In this document: positions 49,162 through 58,571 of the stretch, piece after piece
How positions within the stretch are numbered: position 1 is the stretch's first letter
How the letters are laid out: each line of letters starts with the position of its first letter
Assembly: GCA_963733675.1 (NCBI GenBank)
Contig: CAVTET010000005.1
Coordinates: 64,001 to 128,000 of the forward strand
Source of the DNA: an uncultured Methanosarcinaceae archaeon
GTDB lineage: Archaea; Halobacteriota; Methanosarcinia; Methanosarcinales; Methanosarcinaceae
DNA: 64,000 nucleotides
Reading direction: 5' to 3'
The notes under the pieces: generated by a model
What the model saw: the letters and a program-made list of their open reading frames with translations, nothing else
What the model was told of the DNA's origin: nothing
The model's database searches: none
Translations under genes and position numbers: made by a program

Positions 49162-50331
49162 TTATTTTTCAATTATTTGTCCATATACTTCCAAGGTCTT
49201 TTCAGCTATTGTTTTCCAGTTATATTTCTTTTTGAGAAGATCATACCCGTTTTCCCCCATTCTATTACGGCCAAGTCCTTCAAGGACATAATTGAGTCCC
49301 CAGGCAATAGAAGAGGGTTCTTTATGAGCAATAACGCCTGTTTTGAAGTTTTCCACAAGGGATACTGCATCGCTTGCAACTACAGGTTTCCTTGCGTCCC
49401 AGGCTTCAAGAACAACAATTCCGAAGGGCTCGTTCCTGCTAGGTACACAAACCAGGTCACAGGAATTAAACCAGTCTATCACAACATCATCCGGAGCATA
49501 CCCAACAAAGTTGCAGGAACTACCAATCCCCAGCTTTTTAGCTTGATATTCACAGTGAGAGCGCATTCCACCCTCTCCAATAATTACAAACTTTGCATTA
49601 TTTTTTTTCAGGACTCTTGCTGCGGCTTCAACTAACAAGTCTGGTCCTTTTTGATATACCATCCTTCCAGTGAAAAGCACAACTGGAAGACATGGATGGA
49701 TACCATAGCGCCTTTTTACAGTTCCAGGATCGACTTTTCTGTTTATTTTTCCTACATTTATGCCATTAGGAATTTCCCAAAACTTGTAATCTGGAATTTT
49801 GTAAATTTGCTGGATTTCGTCCTTCAGAATTTTTGAAGTCGTGATTATAGAAGAGCACTCGTACCCTCCAAGCCACTCCCTATGAGATATTTCCGTGGCT
49901 TCCCACCAATGCCCGTGAATATTTCCATTACGCCCCCATTCAGTGCTGTGAAAAGTTAGCACAAAAGGCAGCTTGAACTGAGCTTTTATCCTGCAGAGGA
50001 CATTTACTGGATGCCAATCGTGCCCATGCAGAATGTCAAACTCGCCCATGTATTCTCTTACATCCAGGAACCGACAGTACATACTATCGCACATCCTGTT
50101 CATTTGTTCAACTATACCTCCATATTGATCACAGGCAACTTCATGATAGTAAATGCCATTGATTATTTCATCGTTGTTTTCACAGCTTCGTGTAAAAAGA
50201 TGAACTTCATGCCCCTCAGCAGCAAGAGCTTCAGAGAGTTCAGACACATGGGGTGAAACTCCTCCTACACGTATCGAATATAAACTTTCCCAGGAAAACA
50301 TTCCTATTCGAATTTGTGTCATACATTTCAC
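49162..50331 (-). CDS. GT4-family glycosyltransferase
   Basis: GGVSPHVSEL, HGHDWH, FHSTEWGR, GRMVYQKG, PSRNEPFGIVVLEAW. Confidence 0.92.
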   Translation of the reverse strand: MKCMTQIRIGMFSWESLYSIRVGGVSPHVSELSEALAAEGHEVHLFTRSCENNDEIINGIYYHEVACDQYGGIVEQMNRMCDSMYCRFLDVREYMGEFDILHGHDWHPVNVLCRIKAQFKLPFVLTFHSTEWGRNGNIHGHWWEATEISHREWLGGYECSSIITTSKILKDEIQQIYKIPDYKFWEIPNGINVGKINRKVDPGTVKRRYGIHPCLPVVLFTGRMVYQKGPDLLVEAAARVLKKNNAKFVIIGEGGMRSHCEYQAKKLGIGSSCNFVGYAPDDVVIDWFNSCDLVCVPSRNEPFGIVVLEAWDARKPVVASDAVSLVENFKTGVIAHKEPSSIAWGLNYVLEGLGRNRMGENGYDLLKKKYNWKTIAEKTLEVYGQIIEK

Positions 50332-50798
50332 TTATTACTTTTTATGAAAATTATAATAGAATACTGGACGAAACTAAGTAACCGAGATGAAAGGCTTCAA
50401 TTTCTTGATAGTTGCCGGATTAATTATATATGTTAAAGTTCATGACATCTTTTGAATTCGCTAAAATATGCTATTAGTTAAAATAGTATGCTATTTTGTA
50501 GTATGTGAAAGCCATATAATCCAGGCACGAGTCTCAGATAAATAGATCTACGAGTAATTGATGAAATTTTAGTTAAAATATATATTTAAGTATGTGGATA
50601 TTTCAAATTAATTGTACGAAAAATAGTTTCGGAATAAAAATTATTCCCATATAAAATATTTTAACTCCAAACAACAATTTAATATTAATCATGTATTTAT
50701 TTTTAGACATATATTCTAAAATTTAGAATTGAGTTTTACCTAAAAAGTAACACAGATTAATTTCATATCAAATTTTGATTGTGTCCTTGAGTTATTAA

Positions 50799-50890
50799 TA
50801 GAGGATTTCGATAAACCCCAATATGTTGTCATGTGCTGAGATGTGGTATATAAAAGACTCGTGACAACAAATATTTATCGAAATCCTCTA
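50799..50890. mobile_element. 92-bp MITE with perfect 17-bp TIRs
   Basis: TAGAGGATTTCGATAAA ... TTTATCGAAATCCTCTA. Confidence 0.85.
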
Positions 50891-51052
50891 GAATTTGAAG
50901 TATAAGCAGCTAGGATAATTAAAAAGCAGTTAAGAAGGAAAGTTGATTCCCTATTATGATCTAGCAGCAGCTGAAATTATTATTTCCAATTATCAAACAT
51001 AATATGTAGGATGACTGATTTAACTTCAACTAAATTGGTTTGGTTTAGTCTT

Positions 51053-51409
51053 CTAATAATTTTTGGCCTTTGAGTGTAATATTCTATTTTCTACTATTAT
51101 TAAACTAACCTCTGCATCCAATACTTTGTTTATTGCTTCTTCACGTCTTGTCTCTGTTTTCCTAATTAGTTCTCCAATGCTTTGGATTTGTGAATCTAAC
51201 TTGTTAGAAAGTGTATCTAATTTTTTTGATTGTGTTTGTATAATCTTAGCTTCTGCTAATGTCCTTAGATTATTGGCAGCTTCTATTAAATCCTCGAAAT
51301 ACTTGACAATTTCCATTTCTATACTGAGCTCTGCTTTAATTTTTTCAAGCTCTTCTTCGTCAATTTGTCTATTATGTTCTTGTTTTCCGATATCATGTTC
51401 TGTATTCAT
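51053..51409 (-). CDS. Coiled-coil hypothetical protein
   Basis: 118-aa charged helical ORF with an AAGGT RBS-like site; no motif recognised. Confidence 0.55.
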   Translation of the reverse strand: MNTEHDIGKQEHNRQIDEEELEKIKAELSIEMEIVKYFEDLIEAANNLRTLAEAKIIQTQSKKLDTLSNKLDSQIQSIGELIRKTETRREEAINKVLDAEVSLIIVENRILHSKAKNY

Positions 51410-51721
51410 TTACATAACCTTCTTGATTTTTCTACGTTGTAAACACATCTCTAAATATTTCTAAATTTATATATATATCTACTGGTTATTCCACATTTTT
51501 GATCAATTATTTTTATTAAGTATAAAATAATCATCTTAATTATAAATAATTTCTGGATAAAAGTTATTTCTACATGAAATGATTTAACCTAGAACAACAA
51601 CTTAATATTAATGGCATTTTTTTTATTTTAAAAAGTGTTCTGAAATTTAGCACGGAGTTCTTTTTAAAAAGCAACCCCAATTAATTTTATATCAAATTCA
51701 GTCGTGTCCTTTAGTCATTTA

Positions 51722-51815
51722 TAAATAATTTCAAGAACCCTCTAATTTTTAGTAGTAATTTATTATACTAGTTATAAGGTTAGGACGAAATTTAGGAGTT
51801 TATCGAAACCCTCTA
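51722..51815. mobile_element. ~92-bp MITE (degenerate left end)
   Basis: Right end GTTTATCGAAACCCTCTA; left end ATAATTTCAAGAACCC. Confidence 0.55.
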
Positions 51816-51887
51816 CAGGATTTATACTTTTATCAAATTAGAGCTGAATATATAATTTATCTTGAGTTCCAATTCCTTAGTCAGTGT

Positions 51888-52892
51888 TCATTCTTCAGGC
51901 ATGAGGTCCCCTCTCAAATATGGAGCAGCTCTTTCCGGAGAAACTGTATTGATATAAGTTCCTGTATTCAGCTCAAACCCTGCAATGATAGAAAGTCTCG
52001 GAAGAAGCCGAAGATTGAGGTGGTATTCAGGATTTTCGAAAAGCTGGTAAAACATATAGTTGAAAGGTATATTTCCTAAAACTCTTCCATAACTTCTGAG
52101 ACAAGCTCTTAAAATGTCGCCAAGGGTAAAAAGAAGTTCATCATTGCAATCTCCTAGAAAACTCACATGTCTCCTAGGGAGAATCCATACTTCAAACGAT
52201 CCAATCGAATAATAAGGGGCGAAGGCTATCCATTCACTATTCTCAAAAATTAGTCTAGAAGATGTTTTTTCCTTAGCAAAAATTGCACAGTAAGGACAAG
52301 TTTCTCTTTCCGTAATAATTTTCATTTCCTCTTCTAGTGAAGGAGGAAAAAATGGAATGGAAATAAGTTGACTGTGAGAATGATCTATGGAAGCTCCGGC
52401 GGCTTTCCCGAAATTTTTGAATAGGGAGATATAGCGTATTCTGTCATAGGCCATATAATTGCATGTGCGGTCTCTATAAACATTCATGAGTCCTGTGATC
52501 TCGAGGTCAGAAAAATCTTCTAGCCTTCTCCCATGCAAAGGTGATTCTATAATAACTTCATGAAAACCATATCCTCGTCCAGCTTGTAGACCAATTTCCT
52601 GATGTTCAAGAGGATGAGAGACAGGAGAAAGGGCAGGGTAGAGATTTGGAAAACAACGAAAATCCCAGTCAAGTATTCTCTTTTCAGGCGTATCTGCAAA
52701 GATTTCCCCATTTTTATATACTGCAGTAGCTAGTGGAGTATCTTCCTCAGCTCCTCCACAAAACGAGCAACTTACAGGACTGTGTTTCACTAGACTTTCA
52801 GCTGCATCTGCAAAGTCAGAAGGTCTTTTAGTTCTTTCTTCAGCAATTATGCAGTATTCGGAAAGAAAATAATGCTTTCTGATTTCTGACAT
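51888..52892 (-). CDS. galT: GalT-like HIT-superfamily nucleotidyltransferase
   Basis: ERTKRP, CSFC, NLYPAL, HEVIIESPLH, KNFGKAAGASIDHSHSQ (HxHxQ), CPYC, AGFELNTG. Confidence 0.88.
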   Translation of the reverse strand: MSEIRKHYFLSEYCIIAEERTKRPSDFADAAESLVKHSPVSCSFCGGAEEDTPLATAVYKNGEIFADTPEKRILDWDFRCFPNLYPALSPVSHPLEHQEIGLQAGRGYGFHEVIIESPLHGRRLEDFSDLEITGLMNVYRDRTCNYMAYDRIRYISLFKNFGKAAGASIDHSHSQLISIPFFPPSLEEEMKIITERETCPYCAIFAKEKTSSRLIFENSEWIAFAPYYSIGSFEVWILPRRHVSFLGDCNDELLFTLGDILRACLRSYGRVLGNIPFNYMFYQLFENPEYHLNLRLLPRLSIIAGFELNTGTYINTVSPERAAPYLRGDLMPEE

Positions 52893-54096
52893 ATAAGAAA
52901 AACCTCGTTAATTCTTTGTTGCTCTTTTTTGATTCGTTCCTTCTCTTGCTTGATGGAGATCTGATACAAGATATTTTTTTATTTGTGGCTCTTTTCATTT
53001 GCTTCTTCCAGATATAACATCAAAATTAACGATATTATTTATTTTCTATTTATCCGAGTGTATAATTCATATATGGCTTTTATGAATTTATTGCCTTGTC
53101 TATTTAAATTATCGGCTGTAAACCTAAAAATGATCTATAGTTTTTGCTACAAATAAATAGCAACAGGCAAGGAAATTCCTTAATCGATGGTCAATGAAAT
53201 ATTATCTATTTGGATTCGGTTAACGAATTTTATGCATAACTTCGAATACTACATGTCTCAATTTTCCGACTTGAATGCTATATATTCAACATAAAAAGAA
53301 CATTTTTTGGTATTTTTTCTTAACCGAATGTAAATGCGAGTTAATGATAATATTGTATACAATGAAATGGGTAATTTAATACGCTCTGATATAGTCATCA
53401 ATTTGATTGTATATTTTCAAAATACCCTAAAATTGGACTTTAATCTAAAACTTTCAAAAATGTCTCAAAAAGAGATTTTTGATGCAAACGAAATTTTCAA
53501 GACGAACATACACTTCTTTAAACAGATTTTTACATCTGAAGCAGATAATACAAAGGAACATATATTTTCTTTGATAGGAGGTATCGTAGACAAATTGAAA
53601 TCATTCAAAAATAGTGTATTACGAATTTTTATCCTACTTTATTTACTTTTTTTCAATAAACTGCTTTTCGTATAGGAAAATGGACAATATTTCAATCTTT
53701 AATAAGAACTAGATTCAAGTATGAATAAAAAGAGTATATAGAAACTTTCAATCTGGAACTAGAACTTTACAGCAGTAGTCATCAAATAATTTTGGCAAAT
53801 AGCAGAAATTTGAACCAAAAAATAAACTAACTTCTGTATGAATGAACCAATATTTCTAAAATAAAGATAAAATCAAACTAATTTAGCTCGGATTTTATTG
53901 TGATTTAAAATTTGACGAAAAACCAGAAAAGTTGAAAAGACTTCCAATGTACTAAATTTGTTCTCTCATTTATTTGAGGCAAAATAATGTTCTAAATTTT
54001 AATTTGTTCTTCAGTGTATTTAGAATCCATTAAAGGTTTCTTGACTGATAGGTTTATAATATTGCCAGACAAACTAAAATATCGATATAGAACTAG

Positions 54097-55947
54097 ATGG
54101 CAAAAACTTTGGAGGATTTGGAATTGGGAAATTATTATTTCATAATTACCGGAGAAGAAGCAGGTCCTAGATCAAATAAAATGGGTGGAATATGGAATGT
54201 CATTGACGGAGAGGCACATGCCCTTGCGACTTTTTTTAACTCTGACACAGTGAAATCAAAAGATGAAAAGAAAATTCTTGTTGTAGGTCCTTATTATGGG
54301 CATAGAGGTGCAGACTGGAATAGTGGCTTGAGTCGGATTACTAATATGGAAGAGTTTGCCCCCCTAAATATTGATGCAGAGCTCCAAATAAGCCTGGAGT
54401 TCCTTGCAAAATCAGGCATAAAGGTGTTTACAGGAGAAAAAAAGGTAGGAAAAACTGGAATAGGTTATTTACAGCTTCAGACTTCAGATTTCGGGAAAAT
54501 AATTACAACATACATGGGAAAGGAAATGACACTCGAAAACAGGGTCAAAGCTGAAGCCTATGAAATCCTTGGGCTTGATTCCTTGAAGTATGAGCACATG
54601 TCCAATGGTCCGGAATATACCCATTATCTCTCCCTTTCCTACGCAATTTCTGAACTTGCTCGGTCTCTAGTAAGCTCAGCTTCGAAAACTGCTGAAATCG
54701 GAAAGAAAAACACAGTTCCAAATCAGATTTTTATCCCCTATCCTGGTGTTTCCTTGCACTGCCACGAATTTGGGGTATTTTATGCGGCAGCCAGACTTAA
54801 GAAACTTGGAGTTCCGGTAAGTAGCATTGCAACCTTGCATGCTACTCTTCCCGGAAGGACCGCAGGATACAATTCCATTTTAAAAAGAAGGAATAATGAC
54901 AGTACCTGGCCCCCTAGAGTACCGGAAAATCTGGCTGTCCTTGAGACTCTTGCCTCATATGCAGATACGGTTACTGCAGTAGGGGAGTCAACCATGCAGG
55001 AAGCCAGGCTTTTTTATGGGATTAACGGAATTGTAATCCGAAATGGGATAACTATAGAATCCGATAAAATAGATTGGAACATGAAAGAACATTGTCTTGA
55101 ACAGATTCAAAAATTTCTTTCCGAAAACCTGTACAAACATCATGGGGGAGAAAAGATAAAACCCGAAAAGATAATCCCTATTTTTACTATCTCCCGCATA
55201 GAAGTGGAAAACAAAGGGTATCCAGAACTCCTAGATTCTCTTGTTGCTCTTGATCATATAATAAAGAACAGCATTTTGGAAGGGCATATGGAAGAAGGAA
55301 TTAAGGTGATCTGTTTTCTTGTTACTGCAGAAGGCCCGAAGAAAAACCTACCTGAAGGTTTTCCTGTCAACATCCCAAAAGAAGTGCTTGTAGGAAATGA
55401 ACTGAGGATTCAACAGATGATCGAGGAAAAAAGGCTGGATTTTTCGAAAATGGTACGGGGGAAGGGTTCTGTCGCAGCGATTCTATATCCCCAGATTCTT
55501 TCGAGAACCGATGGAGGACTTGGTATGGAAGTTGGGGAGTTTATGGCCGGCTGCTGTGCAGGCATCTTTCCCTCGCGTTATGATCCATTTCTGCTTACCG
55601 GACTTGAAGCTGGAAAAGAAGGGACTCCAAGCGTGGTCAGCCAGGTATGCGGTTTCAGTGATGCTATAAAAGCTAGCGAGTCTCTGGTAGAAGGTCTTGG
55701 TGGAGTGATAGTCGTAGATAATATTGATCTTTCCTATCACGAAACAGTTCTTGATTATGCCCTTGCAGTCAGCTACTTTACTCGAAATTTCATAGAGGAC
55801 AGGGTAAAGTATCGACTCCTTTGCAGGGAAGCCTTCCTACTAGCAAAGGATATGGATTGGGAAGAGCCAACAAAAGAATATTATGAACTGATTAAAGGCG
55901 AAGCACGTTTTGTAGGCAATAAAACGAACAATTTACCAAAAAACTAA
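54097..55947 (+). CDS. Glycogen synthase, GT3 (eukaryote-type) family
   Basis: NKMGGIWNV (cf. NKVGGIYTV), HCHEF, TLHATLPGR, SRIEVENKG, GIFPSRYDPF. Confidence 0.8.
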   Translation: MAKTLEDLELGNYYFIITGEEAGPRSNKMGGIWNVIDGEAHALATFFNSDTVKSKDEKKILVVGPYYGHRGADWNSGLSRITNMEEFAPLNIDAELQISLEFLAKSGIKVFTGEKKVGKTGIGYLQLQTSDFGKIITTYMGKEMTLENRVKAEAYEILGLDSLKYEHMSNGPEYTHYLSLSYAISELARSLVSSASKTAEIGKKNTVPNQIFIPYPGVSLHCHEFGVFYAAARLKKLGVPVSSIATLHATLPGRTAGYNSILKRRNNDSTWPPRVPENLAVLETLASYADTVTAVGESTMQEARLFYGINGIVIRNGITIESDKIDWNMKEHCLEQIQKFLSENLYKHHGGEKIKPEKIIPIFTISRIEVENKGYPELLDSLVALDHIIKNSILEGHMEEGIKVICFLVTAEGPKKNLPEGFPVNIPKEVLVGNELRIQQMIEEKRLDFSKMVRGKGSVAAILYPQILSRTDGGLGMEVGEFMAGCCAGIFPSRYDPFLLTGLEAGKEGTPSVVSQVCGFSDAIKASESLVEGLGGVIVVDNIDLSYHETVLDYALAVSYFTRNFIEDRVKYRLLCREAFLLAKDMDWEEPTKEYYELIKGEARFVGNKTNNLPKN

Positions 55948-55992
55948 TTTTTTTTATATAAACTGCTTCAATAAGTTAGAAGGTGATATAAC

Positions 55993-56286
55993 ATGGTAGA
56001 ATTTAAGTTAGATGATTCTGATGTGTATCGAAATACTAAAATTTTCGATCAACTTCTCAAATTTGTAAAAGAGAATTGGGGAAATTATATAGAAATTCTT
56101 AAACATTTCGAAGATTTGGTCGGTATTGGCCTTAGTGAGTGGTTCATGCGAAACAAAGATAATAAAATTTCGGTAGGTATAGAGCTCAATGAATCCAGTG
56201 ACCACAACTACGACGAAATCATTTTTTATGACAAAAATAAAGAAGATAGATCTGTATTTTCAGTAATGAGAGATTCGATTGCCTGA
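55993..56286 (+). CDS. Hypothetical protein
   Basis: AAGGTGA RBS, 97 aa, directly downstream of the GT3 gene. Confidence 0.6.
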   Translation: MVEFKLDDSDVYRNTKIFDQLLKFVKENWGNYIEILKHFEDLVGIGLSEWFMRNKDNKISVGIELNESSDHNYDEIIFYDKNKEDRSVFSVMRDSIA

Positions 56287-56333
56287 TGTGTAATACCTGT
56301 TCAGTAAGCAACCCTGGACAACCCTATACGTTT

Positions 56334-56710
56334 GACTTGCGAAGTTGAGCTAAGAAATCAATACCATTAAGCCTCAAAATGTATGATATGCATATTATAA
56401 CAATAACATATATTGTACTTGATTTATTGCTGCAAGTGTATACATTCGATGTATCTTAAGACAAATAATAGGCTTCCCAAAGAAAGTTAAGTGGCTGTAG
56501 AATCAAATGAAGCTTAAGGCACTAATTCCAGTTATTTCAATTCCATATATTGTAAACACTTATATATTTTGTATATAGTTGACGATGATGTTATTGATTC
56601 TTTGAAATCAGCTTTTTTGAACTTCCTTTTTATGAAGACTTTTCTATGACTGCATATCATACATTTTGAGGCTTAATGGTATTGATTTCTTAGCTCAACT
56701 GCATAAGTAC
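56334..56710. mobile_element. Non-autonomous element with perfect 50-bp inverted repeats
   Basis: 56343..56392 is the exact reverse complement of 56651..56700; the outer flanks (GACTTGCGA / GCATAAGTAC) pair imperfectly. Confidence 0.85.
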
Positions 56711-56762
56711 TAATGAAGTTTCATAGCAAGCTATTTATGGACAGGTGTGAGATTCCATTCAA

Positions 56763-58293
56763 ATGACTCCGGCAAGAAGACCCCTTTTGCTCGCTATACT
56801 CGATGGGTGGGGGTACAGGGAAGACAAAGAAGGAAATGCTGTCCTGGCAGCCAGAACTCCAAACCTTGATTAGAATATCCCTGGTGTTTTTTAGAAGCGT
56901 CTGGAGAAGCTGTTGGCCTTCCTGAAGGTCAGATGGGAAACTCTGAAGCTGGACATTTAAATATCGGAGCAGGGAGGATAGTGTGCCAAGACCTGACCCG
57001 AATAAACCTCTCTATCAGAAGTGGAGATTTTTTCAAAAACTTCGCTTTTCTGAATGCAATTTCAAATGTAAAGGTCAATGATTCAAGTCTGCACCTTATA
57101 GGACTTGCCTCCTACGGGAGGTGTGCATAGTCATATGGCTCACCTATATGCGCTTATAAAACTTGCACATAAGCACGGACTTCAAAAAGTATATATACAT
57201 GCCTTTTTGGATGGAAGGGACGTACCTCCTAAAACTGCCCTTGGAGACCTAAAAGAACTAGATGCATTTTGTAAGGAAAATGGGGACGCTAAAATCGCAA
57301 CTGTCTCAGGGCGCTATTATGCAATGGACAGAGATAAGCGCTGGGATCGGACAAAACTTGTCTTCGAAGCTCTAACCATGGGAGTTACCAATTATACAGC
57401 CCCTGATGCAGAGACTGCTGTTTTCGAGGCTTATTTAAGGGGAGAGACTGATGAGTTTGTAAAACCGACTATAATCACTGATTCAGAAGGGAAACCTAAA
57501 ACAATCATAAAAGATAATGATTCTGTGATCTTTTTCAATTTTAGGCCAGATCGGGCACGTCAACTTACCTGGGCTTTTGTAAATGAAAACTTTGACGGTT
57601 TCGCGAAGAAAAAACGTCCGAATGTTTACTATGTCTGCATGGTACAGTACGATGAAACCTTGGATGTGTCCGTTGTTTTCCCTCAGGAAGAGCTAGCAAA
57701 CGTGATTGGAAAAGTACTTAGTGAACAAGGACTTATCCAGCTCCGCATTGCCGAAACCGAAAAATATGCATATGTGACTTTTTTCTTGAACGGGGGACAG
57801 GAAAAATGTTATACAGGAGAAGATCGTTGTTTTGATCCATTCTCCAAAGATCGCTACTTATGATCTCAAACCAGGAATGGGCACATATGAAGTTACCGAT
57901 GAGGTTATCAGGAGAATGCAGTCAGGAAAGTATGATGTGATTGTCCTTAATTTCGCAAACATGGATATGGTTGGCCACACCGGAATTTTTGAAGCTGCAG
58001 TAAAGGCAGTAGAAGCTGTGGATAACTGCATTGGCAGGATTATAGCTGCTTTGAAAGAAACCGGAGGTGTAGCACTCATAACTGCAGATCACGGAAATGC
58101 TGAACAAATGATAAACCTGAAAACAGGATGAACCATATACTGCACATACTTCAAATCCGGTAAAATGCATTTACGTAGGGAATGATGAGGTAAAAGCTCT
58201 TAAAACTGGTAAATTGTGTGACCTTGCGCCAACTATTCTTGAACTCCTCAAAGTTCCGAAACCGCAGGAAATGAAAGGAAAATCACTTATCTA
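56763..58293 (+). pseudogene. gpmI: 2,3-BPG-independent phosphoglycerate mutase, multiply disrupted
   Basis: [67 protein letters not shown]; lesions near 56870, 57110, 57830 and 58130. Confidence 0.93.
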
Positions 58294-58335
58294 GGATTTC
58301 GTACTGAGGCGTAAAATTAAGTCCACTGGAAGTTG

Positions 58336-58426
58336 TAGAGAATTTAAATAAACCTCTGATTTTCACGAGTCATTCATATATAATTTATAAGCATATGATA
58401 AAATTAGAAGTTTATCGAAATCCTCA
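58336..58426. mobile_element. ~92-bp MITE with IS5-type TIRs
   Basis: TAGAGAATTTAAATAAACC ... GTTTATCGAAATCCTC. Confidence 0.7.
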
Positions 58427-58571
58427 TTAGTCATTAAAGTTGTTCCAAAAACTCTAAATGAATGAGAATTAAATGGGTTTTGGGATCAGCTTATGAAATC
58501 TATTGATGGAATTCCTATCAACTTGCTAGTTAGATATTTTTCATTACCTTCCACTCCCTTTTCCAGTTTTT

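Noticed and set aside
53334-53675. 113-aa ORF
   Set aside because: AT-rich with no clear RBS or motif; may be spurious or a remnant.
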